This document shows positions 13,594-26,317 of a DNA stretch of 64,000 nucleotides, piece after piece. The number at the start of each line of letters is the position of its first letter. The stretch's first letter is position 1. Origin of the DNA: Geosiphon pyriformis uo1 (lineage: Eukaryota > Fungi > Glomeromycota); assembly GCA_016748015.1 (NCBI GenBank), contig JAAOMT010000275.1, positions 248,001 through 312,000 of the forward strand. Direction: 5' to 3'. The position numbers and the translations under genes are program-made. A model generated the notes under the pieces. It did not search any database and was not told the origin of the DNA. It saw nothing but the letters and a program-made list of their open reading frames with translations.

Positions 13594-14972
13594 ATAGACA
13601 ATTACTTTTACAAAAATCTTAGCCAATACTTGAGAACACTACAGCTAGATAAAAACACACTGATAAAAAAACTAATTAAGTTCCAGAAATTATCAAAACA
13701 TTATTTTATTCAAAACCACATACTTTATTACCAGAATCAACAAAATCCAAATAATTTATTGAGAGTTATAACTGAAAATGAAAAAGAAACTATCTTATTT
13801 AACATGCACTCGGATATCTATTCAGGCTACTTTGGAAAAGAAGCAACTATTTAATGTACAACTAATCATTATTATTGGCCAAAAATGCGCTCAGATATTA
13901 TTCAATACATAAGAAATTGTGACCCGTGCCAATGAAAAGGAGGAACAAAAACAACAGAACCACTAAAATCCATAAAAGTTGGACAACCATTTGATAGAAT
14001 TGGAATTGATTTAGTTGGACCATTATCAATAACAGCAAGAAACAATTGTTATATTGCAGTAGCAGTAGATTACTTCACTAAATAGCCAGAAGCCAGAGCC
14101 ATTCAAACAGCTGATGCTATATTCATAGCCCACTTTGTACATGAAGATTTAATTTGCCACCATGGATGTCCACAAGAATTGTTGTCAGACTAAGGAACAC
14201 ATTTTGTAAACAGTACACTAAATGAGTTCAGCCAAAGATTTGGAATTAAATGACCACTATCATCACTATATTACTCCTAAACAAATAGATTAGTTGAACA
14301 GTTTAACTATATACTATGTGAAGCATTAGCCAAAATTAGCAATGAACATGAAAAAGAATAGAATTTGTTCATACCAGCAGTTTTATTAGCATATAAGACA
14401 TTAAAACAAAATACTATACAATTCACACCATTTGAATTGGTTTATAGAAGAAAGGCCATATTACCAATTGAACTTACTATTCCAACTTATCCAAATGAAA
14501 TTATTACAGAAACAACATTTCATGAAATAATACTTAAAAGAACATATGAGTTAATGGAAATTTTGGAGAACAAAAGAAGAAAAGCAGCTTAAAATATTGA
14601 ACAGTCACAAGCATAACAAAAAGTGAAACATGATAACCAGTTATCAGATAATATAATTAGCTATAAAATAGAAGACAAAGTATTGTTGTATTATACCAAA
14701 GCAGAAAAGCAATGAAGTAAAAAGTTTGATCACAAATGAGATGAACTATTCTATATTCATGAAATACTTGGCAATGGAACATACAAGTTAAGACTGGATG
14801 AGAAAATTTTAAAAAAAGCAACACATGGCAACTGGCTGAAATTATATTACAACAAATCAATAATAACAACACAAACACTTAGAATTGGAACACAAATACT
14901 ACTGGTATCACCAGATCAGATTCCACGAAATTTAGAACCAGTAGTTTTAATTGAACATTATATAAAAAGATA
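13594..14972 (+). pseudogene. B integrase
   Basis: NMHSDIYSGYFG, YYWP, CDPCQ, GIDLVGPL, LSD*GTHF, GLVE-like motif. Many stops. Confidence 0.9.
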
Positions 14973-15054
14973 ATTAATCTTAAATTACACCAAGAAACAG
15001 TTAACAAAGCATAAAAATGCATGCAAAAGAGTCCAAAAAGCAGTTAGAAATTAA

Positions 15055-15731
15055 AACAATAACATATATTCTAGAAAACATTAGTAAGTTAACCCAACAA
15101 CTATGTTGAAGCTTACAACAATCAAATTCAGATTTGGAAATTACAATCAATAGTTCTGAGATATCATATAAAAGAAAAATAATACCAAATTCTATGATAA
15201 ATAAGAAACCTAGTTTTGCACCATATACTACTATTGCCAAAAACAGTAACAGCTTTATCGACAAAACCATTAAAAATTTAGGAATAGCATTGAACAATAT
15301 ATTGATAACAGAAGAAATAAACATAGTAGAATTAACACCAAGTATATTTGAACAGCTAAAGGAAAAATTCCCCATTAATTATTGTTATTACCAATTAGAA
15401 AAACAATTAAACATATAAACATTATACTCAAAAGATTCAATCAAAGTATTCAGCAAAACAATAATACAACAATTGGAAAGTTTTATTGGAAAAACCAATA
15501 ATATACTTCATATAAAAGCTGTTTACAGAATTTTTTAAAGCTTTTAAAAACTGTCACAAAGTATTATTGGATCCAACTATAAATCTTATAACAATTAATA
15601 GTATTAAACAATTAACTAATTTACAATTTCAAAATTTACAACAACAAATTAATAATACAGTATTAGATTATTATAGTAATATAAAAATCAATGAAAAAAT
15701 TAACTTCAATTTTAACGAAGCTCAATCTTAA
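15055..15731 (+). pseudogene. B ORF3
   Basis: ENISKLTQQL...EITINS, YYQLE, KAVYRIF, LTNLQFQNLQ. Homologous to A/C/E ORF3. Confidence 0.72.
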
Positions 15732-15744
15732 AAAAAGGAGATAA

Positions 15745-16559
15745 TGTTACAGTTTAAGAATTTAATTGGAATTATAAATAATATAAATTAGCCAATCATG
15801 AAATAGCACAGCAACAATTTATAAAAAGCAATGATTTACAAATAACAGCAAGCACTATTTTACAATAGCAGCAAGCACTATTGTGCAAAAGCAGCAAGCA
15901 CTATTTCACAATAGCAGCAAGCACTATTTAGAAATAATAGAAATAGAGTATTACAAAATGTTATTTTGTAAAACAATAATTATATATATATACAATAGTT
16001 TTTAATAATGAAGAAAAACAGCTTTAATTAGAAGCAATAAATATTTAAATAAAATCTTATTCAAAAAGAATTAATAAAAATAATAAATTAAATGAACATT
16101 ACAATTACAAGATTAACAATAGAATTTACATACCTTTTCTAGTAAATGAAACTATCATTCCATCTTTGAACCCTTTCGAAGAATAATCCTTAATCAAGAT
16201 TATTTATGTGATTACTAATTAAATTGAAAAAGCTTTATTATATACTTAGAAAAATTGCGAAAAGACCATTAACATTCTATGTTTTTAGATTAGAGAAACA
16301 CATCAAGCCATTGCAAGAATAGCCTCAGAGAAGACTCCAGACAGTGGATAGATTTCAGATTAGCCTCTGGGAAGGAGTACACAACATACAAAGACAACTA
16401 GAATTAAAGAGAAGACTTATATTACAACATTAAAAGAAAACCTTTAGTACATTATTATTAATATCTAACACATAAAAATTGAGGAACTCACGAGAGATTA
16501 ATTGCAATTAAAATAGGAGATCAACAATTAAAATATACCAAGAAAACACTTCCATAACA
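15745..16559 (+). repeat. B 3' LTR (815 bp; 4 copies of 23-bp unit)
   Basis: TGTTACAG...TAACA, preceded by PPT AAAAAAAGGAGATAA (15730-15744). Confidence 0.95.
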
Positions 16560-17033
16560 CCAGGTGTATAGTAGTATGATGAGTTTGTTGGTGATTCAAC
16601 TCTGGTTTTTTTCCACATGGGTGGTTGGATCTCTTTTGGTGTTATTGTTAGTGTTTGTAGTCTTCCTTTGCCTTTGTCTGCATAGGTGATGAGGAATTGT
16701 TGTTGAGTGTATCTTTTAATAGTTTGATTGATTTTTCTGATGATTAATGTAAAACTGTAATTTCTTGGTAAGCTGATATGTTAAAACAATTCTGTATAGA
16801 AATTTTTTCTTGCAGATTCAATGTTAACTGTTCCTCCTAAGCAGTCTGTAATTTTATCATTGACATAGAAATTAAAGGCTGATTCTGCTGAGAAATGGTT
16901 ATTTTTTAATCCCAATTGTTAGCTGTACTGTTGAAACAAGAATTTGGTAAATTCTAAATGGTTTGCTCTTATGATTTCTGATTCTGCCACTTTTGGATGA
17001 TTGTTGTTGGTGCTGGTTCTCTGTAGGATTATA

Positions 17034-17050
17034 CCTCATAGGGAGCACTA
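17034..17050 (-). promoter_or_regulatory. A primer-binding site
   Basis: TAGTGCTCCCTATGAGG (from TGGTGCTCCCTGTGAGG), the same PBS as D. Matches a tRNA ending GGAGCACCA, e.g. Ile-UAU or elongator Met (not resolved). Confidence 0.8.
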
Positions 17051-17052
17051 AA

Positions 17053-17902
17053 TGTTACAAGTGATTATTTGGGGTTTCAAAGCAAATAACAACCCGTAAC
17101 TTGGTGCTTGAATAGTATTCTGGTATGTTGATATCTGAAAGTTTTGTTAATCTGAAGGTTTTGTTATGGTGTTCTTTATATAATAAACAGAGATGTAATT
17201 GGTTGTTTTTATTTGTAGCTTTCCGAAATCACAGTTTCATCAATTTTTTTTTTAGTGTGATGACCAGTAATCCTCTTGGTAAGCTATCTTCAATTCTGAG
17301 TGTTTACTCTTATTCCTGGGTCTTTTACCAGTGCTATATTCTGACATCAATATCTCTGTGCATGAATTTTTTTAATTCAATTAGTAAAACAAAAGTAATA
17401 ACAATAGAAAAATAGAAAAAAATTAAAAGAAATAAGCTAAGGCAATGATTGTTAGTATCTCATCAATAGCTGTAATCAAGAGTTATTGTTCCAGTGTGAT
17501 CAAGTATTCGAGACTATCAACATAAAGTGTTAATAGTGGAAAGTATATTGAGATATCAAATAATTATTTTATTAATATTTGTGAATTGAAAGATTGCTTA
17601 GATTAAATCTAAACTGAGAGGTCTGTTTTTTCTACTTCTAATTCTACTGATATATATACATAATTGAGATTCCTCAATTCCTCAATTCTTTACACCAGAA
17701 ATCCTGGAATTCCTGGAATTCTGTAATTTCTTTGAGAAAAATTTTGGAATTCTGGAATTTTGTGATTCCTTGTACGAAAATCCTGAAATTTCTGGAATTC
17801 TGCAATTTTTTTAAGAGGAATCCTGAAATTTCATATTTACTATGGCTACTTCTGATTGACTAATTAATATGCTAATATACTTCCTATATTCTATAAGTAA
17901 CA
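17053..17902 (-). repeat. A 5' LTR (850 bp) with GGAATT/AATTCC-rich U3 repeats
   Basis: TGTTACA...GTAACA. Repeats at ~17670-17832. Confidence 0.95.
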
Positions 17903-19390
17903 CCAGCAAGCATATGTGAATCAGGATGTCAGACTTTTACAGTGACATTCTAATTAATATTCTTGATCAATGCATTAAGAACTACATTATGGCCAGGACT
18001 GACTTCTCAACAAGCATAACAAACAGACTTAAAAATGTTCCTAACAAAATAGCAGATATTGTTAAATACAACAGTGTTTTTAGTGACCAAAAAGTGTTCT
18101 TATACCTCCACTGGCAAAGAAAAAAAAGAGTCAGCAGTCATACCTGTGACAGTATTCGTTTTTATATTATTACAAATCCCAAAATAGTCTTTAACTTTGA
18201 TTCAACTTACCATGAAATCCTTATTCTTAATCAAATTAACATTATGTTTTCTCTTAATTCAGCATCGATTATAAAAATTGAACACAGCAAATAATATTTT
18301 AGACACATATGTTTTAATAGCAGCTTGGCTGTTAAGATACAAAACCAACAAGCAGAAAGACAGAATACATTCCAAAGACAAAACAATAGTCTACAACTCA
18401 GCCAGAATAGAAAACACAAGACTATAAACATTAACACCAATACTCATATTCAAAGCAAAAAAATATGCAGCAGTATCACTATTAACACCAGCAAAACCAG
18501 CATTCTTTAATGAACTATTTGTATATATTTCAAAAAAACCAAACCAAATTTTATGTAATTTATTTTGTATCTCAGCAAACTCTCTGAAATCCAATATGTT
18601 TAAGCCAATTGGCTGAATAGATACAGATAAATCAGATGATAAAAAATTCTTACTATGCAAAAATTTTGATGTGACCTTAAACTAATAAGAAACAGAACCT
18701 CTAAGATTCAACTTTTTTCACTAATAAAATGTCTTCCAATTCATCATACAGCCTTTTCTATCAAAAAATTTATTACTAAAAGTGATCCCAAAATGTTTTA
18801 AATAATGAACAAAACTAAGATATAAAGTCTTTTTAAGAATAGATGACATAAAAAAAACACCAGGACTATAAAAAGCATTAAACAAATTGTTTATTAAAGA
18901 TAGCTCATTACTCAAAAAAATCTTAATCACATTAGCCAGAAAATTGTTCATAGGATTAACAAACAATTTAACAGAAAACTGCAAAAGATTCAAAAAGCTC
19001 ACTCTAAAACCTGCAGATCCAAAATTTATGATAAAATAAACAACCAAAAATGCCTGAAGCATTAGAAAATAAGACCATAGTAGCCAGTTTACTCTCAAAT
19101 TGTATTTGCTTAAAAAGTTTCAGATCATATAATAATAAATGGTGCAAAGCTTTACTAGAAAAATTACATGGCAAATATGCTTTAGTTTTAAAGTCTTTCT
19201 TAATCATGATATTTCACTTGTGATACACACTTAACAAAATAAAACTAAACTGGGTTCTGTAATTAATAATGGACTGTAAAACAGCTAATACTAAATAAAA
19301 AAATTGCTTATTTGTAATAGTTTTTTTGAGCACTATGTTAATGAAAAAATAAATATTAAAATAAGTCTTAACTATATTTAGCTTGAAAAA
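17903..19390 (-). mobile_element. LINE1 continuation (RNase H and distal RT), 5'-truncated
   Basis: Colinear with LINE2 ~22287-23775: IYTNSSL (YTDGS), SILAEL, ALHHLLLY. Confidence 0.88.
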
Positions 19391-19399
19391 ATATCTTTA

Positions 19400-20562
19400 A
19401 GTTAAATTTGAAATTAATTAAATAATTATTAAAATTAATAGTTAATTAATTTTAAAATATTAGTTAAAATTGTAAATTTCAAACAGTAATAAATTAAAAT
19501 AATAATAATATATATTAATTAATAATAAAAAACTGTTTTTAACAATTTTTAAAGTATTTTTTTATTTTTGGTTAATGGTTTTTTTTAGTTGAAGTTTTTT
19601 TCAAAAAATATACTTAAATCAGTCTTAATATTGTTTTTATTTTTTTTAAAGGTCTTAAATTTTAATAACAAGTTAATTAACAAACTAGTTTTTTTTACTA
19701 TTATTATTAACATTATTATTATTATTTTGCAAATAGCCAAAAAGACCAAAAACTCTAAAAAACAATAGTAATTATTTGTATTTATTATTATTATATTGAA
19801 TTTTTTTGTAATTTTAAATAAAATCTTGGATAAAATTTTTTTAACAGTAATTAGCTTTTTTTTTAATATAAACAGCAACAACAATAATATGTTTTTTAAA
19901 ATAAATTAAGATTAACTACTGGCTATATTATCAAATATAATGTTTTTTGTTAGATTATTATCAATTCTAAAAACAAAACAACTTATTAGATTACTTAATC
20001 TTAAGAATTAAGTTAATTAAATTAAAACTGAATTAATATTTTTTTCTTTGTTTTTTGGTGTTGCTTTTAAATTTAAATACTTATTTTGTTTTGTATATAA
20101 AAATTAAAAATTTGGTTTTTAATATTTAAGATAAAGTGTTTGTTTTTAATAAGACTACAAATTAACTTTTTTTGAACATAACAATAATTAAAACTAAATG
20201 TAATTTTAATAATGTTTATATAAATAAGTATAATACTAATTTATTTAATAATAGACTTTATATTAAATTAATTATTTTTTAGAAATATTAACTTAATAAT
20301 ATTAAGTTTAATATAAATATGTTTGTTAAATAGTTAAGTAACTTAATTAAAAATAGTAATATATTAGTTATTATTATAAACAAGATGTTTTTTTAAAATA
20401 AGTTTTTCTTTTTAAATTTAATATAATGTTATTTTAATTAACCAAATAGTTAATTACATATAAACAATACATAACTTACACTTAGTTTAGATTGTTTAGT
20501 TTAATATATTATATTAGATAATGTTTAAGTCTTACTTATTAAAATAAATTAAATTAATAAAA
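19400..20562 (+). mobile_element. Hypermutated short non-LTR element ending in LINE-type 3'UTR (probable ORF1-only, internally deleted)
   Basis: 20424-20562 aligns to the LINE1/LINE3 3'UTR and tail with mostly transitions. The upstream sequence does not match the ORF2 C-terminus. Decayed ORF begins ~19732 (xAKKTKNSKK). Confidence 0.55.
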
Positions 20563-21484
20563 TTTTTATTGATAATATAACTTTTTTTTAAAATTAAGTT
20601 TTATTAAAATTCAAGTATTGTTTGTAATTTTCAAATAATAATCCAAAATTATTGAAGTAATTGATCTGAAAATTGTTAAAATTTTAGTTCTATAAGTTTT
20701 TTAATATATTAAATTTTCTAAAGTTATAAAATTAAGTATTATAAAATATTTTTATAAATATAAAATAGGTTATAAAGTCTTAAAACAATCTTAAATTGTA
20801 ATAAATATTTATTGGTTTAGTTGTTGTCTTAAATTTATTGTGTATTTCTTTTTAAATAATTTTTGAAATAAAATTTGTTGTTTTGAATTTTAGTTTTTTT
20901 TATAAAAATAATAATTCTATAAATTTATTATTAAGACTATAGTTTTTTTGAATATAATTAATTTGTTTTTAATAATTATTATAAATAAATTAGAAAGCAT
21001 TTTTAAAGCTAATATTAATTTTTAGGATATTTGTTAAATATTTGAGAAAATAATTATAATATAAAATTAAATAATAAAAAAATAAAATTATTTTTAATAT
21101 ATAAAGTTTTTATATATTTTTGGTTTAAAAAGTTTTTTTGTGATTATTTTAATTATTTTTAATAATTTTTTATTTTTTAAAAAAAGATAAAAAATAAATA
21201 TAATATAAATTAAAAATAAATTAAATATTTAATTTTAAAAATTATTTAATAATAGCTATTGGTTTTAAGTTTTAAAAAATATTTTCTGAATTAATTAAAA
21301 GAATCTATGCACTAATTTGTAGTATTAAAAACTTAAAATTAATTTTTAAATAATAATATTTTAATTTATTATTATGTACAACTTTTTTTAAAATCTTATT
21401 ATTAAGTTTTAGCTTATATAATCTATTTTTTAAAATTATATATATATAAAATAGTCTATTTTATTTGTGATTAAATTTTTTACT
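20563..21484 (-). mobile_element. Gypsy relic F part 1 (LTR edge, PPT, ORF3, IN C-terminus), hypermutated
   Basis: Colinear with C 30617-31705. Differences are overwhelmingly C>T/G>A. Confidence 0.85.
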
Positions 21485-21625
21485 TTTTTTTTTTTTTTTA
21501 TTATGCATTTAAAGAGTGAAGTCCAATTACTATCTAGTACATAGAGCCAAACTAAAAGGCCCAAACTAAATGTGATTCATGTACTTTCTATATGTGGCTA
21601 GCCACTCAGGCCAGACAAGACATCA

Positions 21626-24600
21626 CTATACACCTATAACAAACTGCGGGTTAAAATCCAAACCAGAAAAGAACAAACAAGCCTGACAACGGCCAAAACT
21701 AACAGCGAAAGACTCCAAAATACCAAGTAGTCTAATCATACCATCTAACAAAGCAGAAGCTACATGACAAGGCAGACCAGAAACCAACTCATTATTTCTA
21801 ACCAAACCAGCTCTCTCCATATCTGCTCTATGCTTAGTCTTAATCAACCAGACCTTAGTACAATGCAGCTCTACCACATCCTTAACAAAATCAATGACAA
21901 CACCAGCAGTCTTCTTCTTATCCTCGAAAGCACCAATGGCCTCAAAACACCAGTCCAACATTACAAAACCCTTACACAAGACTGAGTAAAGACCAACATC
22001 TGAAGAACAACTATCAAAAAACATTAAAGTGGCAGAAGGTATCAAAAAACAAGAATCCAACAGAGAGACCCACAAAGTAGAAGCCCCAGCCAAGATCTCC
22101 TCCTGAATGCTGGCATCTGAAATGCATGAAAAGACATAATCAGGCAACTTTACCTTACCACACAGCAAGCAAAGCACACCAGGATACCCTTTGTCATATA
22201 ACTTTTTCCGAACTGCCACTGGTAAGTGGTGGTGAACAGCTTTCATTAGATACAACTGCAGACCAGAAGACTTTCAACTAGTAAAACCAGCAAGCATATG
22301 CAAATTAGAATGCCACATTTTTGAAGTAGCTGCCCAGTTTACACACTCTACCAGCTCACTTGAAATCACATTACAGCCAGGACTAGCTTCCCAGCATGCA
22401 CGACAGACAGATCTATGTAAGTTCTTAGCAAAATGACGAGCATTGCCAGACAAAATTAAGCCATCTGCCTTCAAAAAACATTCCTACACCCTCACAGGCA
22501 TAAAAAACTGAGAACGAATAGTAGTACCAGCAGCAGAATCAGCTCTAATATTACCATAAACTCCAAAATGTCTCTTAACCTTAACCCAACTTACACTAAG
22601 ATTTTTTTCTCTAATAAGATTGAAAATATGATGCCTTTCCACCCAACATGGAACACAAAAATCAGGCACAACAAAAGACATCTCAGACACACAAGCATTG
22701 ATGGCAGCTTGGCTGTCAAGATGCAACACTACTACACTAGAAGATGGAACACATTCCAATGCCAACACAACAGCCTGCAACTCGGCCAAAGTAGATGACA
22801 ACAGCCCAGAAACACCAACACCAATACTAAGATCCACAGAAAGAAAGTAAGTGGCTGCGCTGCCCACAACATCACCAGACCCAGTATTCACCAACAAACC
22901 ATCTGTAAAGACCTTAAAAAAACTAGACCATAACTCATGCAGACAATCCTGTACTCCAGAAAATTTCTCAGAGTCAAAAATGTCTGAATCAGAGCACCCA
23001 ACAGATTAAAAAGAACCAGATGGCAGAATACCACCACCAACCAAAAACTCACTGGTCAAACTAAACCAAAAGGAGACAGGTCCTCTTAGATCAAGCCATT
23101 TCCACTGATGAAAAGTTTTCCAATCCATCACACAACCTTTTTTATCAAGCAACCTATCTGCGAAAGCAACTCCAAAATGTTTCAAGGAATGAGCAGAATC
23201 ATAATAAAGAGAATCACCCAGAACAAACAACATAGAAAAAACACCAGGATTATGGAAAGCACTAGGCAGGTAATTCACTAAAAAGAGTCTATTATGCAAA
23301 AAGATCCTAACCATACCAGCCAGAAAATTGTTCACAGGACTAACACACAACCTAACAGAGAACTGCAAAGGATTCAAGGGAGCCCAACCCAAAACCTGCA
23401 AATCAAAGAATCTGTGATTAAACAAGTGCCCCAGGATGCCAAAGGCATTAGAAAAGGAGACCACAGCAGCCAACTTGCTTTCAGACTGCAATTGCTTAAA
23501 AGATTTCAAGCCATATAATGAAGGGTGATGTAAAGCTGTATCAGGAAAGTCACGAGGAAGGCAGGCCTTGATTTTGAGACCCTTCCTGACCATAACATCC
23601 CACTTGTGACACATATTTAAAGACACAAAGCTGAACTGAGTACAGTAGCTAATAATAGACTACAAAACAGCCAACACCAAATAAGAGAACTGTTTATCCG
23701 TAACTGCTTTTTTGAGCACCACATTGACAAAAAATTGAATATCAGAATGGGCCTTAGCAAGACTGGACTTGGACAGTCCATCAGTGGACAAGAATATTCC
23801 CAAATAATGATGAGCCTCACCTTTTTTGGCAATAGAAATAGGCTGACTGCTAATACTCAAAGAAGCCATCTGTATACTCTAATTAATTGGAATGGCCACT
23901 GTCTTTTTATTATTAATAGAAATGTCATTGATCGAAAAAAACTTACTAGCAATATTCAGAGCATATTGTGTGGATGTCTGGCAATCCCCAACCCATATTG
24001 TATCATCTACAAAAGCACCAGCTGCAAAGAAAGAAGTTAATCTACCAACATTCTCAATTTTGCCAGTCTTTGCCACAAACTTAGTATCAATTTGGTATTC
24101 ACACAAATGTTTATATCATTTAACTTCACACAAAAGTGGATCATAAAAGATCTTTCAGAGAAGGGGAGAAAAAACCTCCTCCTGATTTAAGTTATCGTGT
24201 ACTACATAGCCATCTGAGAAACCAAAATCTGTCATGACCCTATTGATCCTATCTGTATGAATGCTGCCAAAAAACTTGATAAACTTATCACACATTTTAA
24301 TATGCTTTAAGCTAGCTTCCAAGTGATGCCAACCAACTAAGTCATATGCCTTGCGCATATCCTGTAGAACCAGCCAAAGTTTCCAATTTTTTTTTAATAC
24401 ATCCTTAATCACCGAGCCTACTGCAAACACAGGAGACTGTATAGACATACTCTTTAAAACAGAAAAATTGTCCCCACGAAGAACACCAAACTTGTTGCAA
24501 GTGGCTGAGATTCAGTCCGAAAGAATTTTGGACAAGATCTTTCTGACAGTCTTAATAAGCGCAATCAGCCGAGTGTTCATTAGAATCCCATCCTAATTGT

Positions 24601-26317
24601 AAGGTTTAGGAATCATAGAAACCCAAGCCCTTTTCCACAGAACAGAAACAATTCCTGATACCAGACACGTATTCAAAATATCCAAAAGACATCCCAACAC
24701 CACTTCCCCACCATGTTTTCAAAACTCATTAAGAATGCCAAACAAGTCAGCAGCCTTGCCATCTGGCAGACCCATGACAACTGAAAATAGTTTATTCTTA
24801 TTGATCACACACATCACTCCCGAAAAAGCATCATCTTTCACATAATCCAGAGGAGCATATTGGCAGGCCCAGAGATCAGGCAAAACTGGCAACATACCTC
24901 TCTTTTTTGTCCACTTCTCCATGATCTCATTAACTTTAAGCTTCATATCATCTGGCTCCAACACCAGCTTTTCATCCACCACCAAATAATCCAAAACCAC
25001 TTTGTGGAAAGGCCAATCCAAGACATTTCTAATCATGCCACCCTTATCTGAACAAAATTTTTCCATGTGTCGCTCTATCACCTTCCTGATAGAAGCTTTC
25101 TTAGCCAATCTCAACTCAAACAGCTTTGATTTTCTGTAATCTTTACACACTAATAACAAATGTTTAAAAATCACCTCAGATTTCACACCAGATCCACACA
25201 AGTTAGCAAAGACATAAGCTTTGGTATCATCAAGAGTCGCCTACTTTCCCACAAAGTGCTCGACCTCAGGCATGTCTCCAGAGCAGAAGCACTTACCAAT
25301 TTTGGCAACCAAAAGCTCCAACCCAAAAAACTTAAAGAAATGCTTATTTCTAGAGCACTGAAACTCACTGAACCAACATCTCGAAAATATTTCATCAGCT
25401 GAAGCAACCATTGCCTCCTTCAGGATTGACCATGCAGCATCAACATTTCCAAGAGCCAAAGCACTGAAAAACTTGCCTGTAGCTGCCAGAAGCATGGCAG
25501 AAGAATGATCCTTAAACCTAGCCCATCTGGAGCCATCCACATTCTTAATCCTAAACTTCCACCAATTCTTATTAGCCTGCTTGTGCAAGCTATTCAACTG
25601 AATGTCTAAAAGTCCACCCAAGCCAATCGAGACCAAAACAGCATTGTGATTAGTGTCAAAGAACTCAGAAACAGACTTGACCTGATGACCAGTAAGAGCA
25701 GATGCCAAAGTACCACTAACAAAAACGTAATCAATTGTCTTCTTAGCCCCTCTAGAATTGCTCCATGTAGAAACCCCTACTAATTGATGGTTGGTAAATG
25801 CATTGACCAAACCCAATTTCAAACAGAACTTGAAGCTTGCACTTCTACCTGAACCATTCTCATTAAAGTTCCCACCCAAAATCACAAAGGTGCTGAAGTT
25901 AACAGCCTTAGCTATAAGAGAGTTCACTTCAACAGCCTAATAAAAACGAGCCTTAGCCAAAGCACTAGCATACAAACCCAACAATGTAACCAACAACTTG
26001 CCCTTGAATAAGAGCCATATTGAAATCAATCAACCAGGAATCTTCTCCATTTTGAATACATGACGAGCCAAGGAATTGTTCACAATAACAGCCATGCTAG
26101 TACCTAAAAAACCCTTTTCCAAACCAAAAGTGAAGACTCAAACACCTTCAAATTTATTAGCTATCCAAGGCCCAACACTAAAATGTAGCTTGGTTTCTGT
26201 AACAAAAGACACCATATTGTCTGACCACTTATGCCAGCATACCACATCTTCCTGTTTAGCAAGAATATTGATTCCACAAACATTGCACATAGCAAACTTC
26301 CAAACCAAGTCACTCAT
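21626..26317 (-). pseudogene. LINE2 ORF2: AP endonuclease, RT, RNase H, C-terminal zinc finger
   Basis: WKFAMCNV, ETKL, LGGNFN, IDYVF, DTNH; QDMRKAYD, FSPLL, FVDD, HYLG; FTDG, AELQA, DSQAA, GNIRAD; CLLC...C. Several point stops. Confidence 0.93.

Larger units (their letters stand above)
11397..16559 (+). mobile_element. Ty3/Gypsy element B, internally deleted (non-autonomous), nested in the A gag leader
   Basis: LTRs 11397-12188 and 15745-16559. Flanks TTGG/CCAG are both derivable from CCGG by transitions. PBS and PPT present. IN and ORF3 present, no recognisable CA, PR, RT or RH. Confidence 0.93.
2839..17902 (-). mobile_element. Ty3/Gypsy LTR retrotransposon A (full length, decayed, contains B)
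   Basis: Paired LTRs, CCAG target duplication (2835-2838, 17903-17906), PBS, PPT, order gag-PR-dUTPase-RT-RH-IN-ORF3. The LINE1 sequence resumes exactly after it. Confidence 0.97.

Noticed and set aside
15840-15930. 23-bp repeats as a CRISPR array
   Set aside because: Head-to-tail with no unique spacers, inside a eukaryotic LTR, with no cas genes.
19585-19884. Hydrophobic I/L/F/K/N-rich ORFs in AT deserts (also 58376-58591) as membrane proteins or organellar DNA
   Set aside because: Composition artefacts of transition-saturated sequence.
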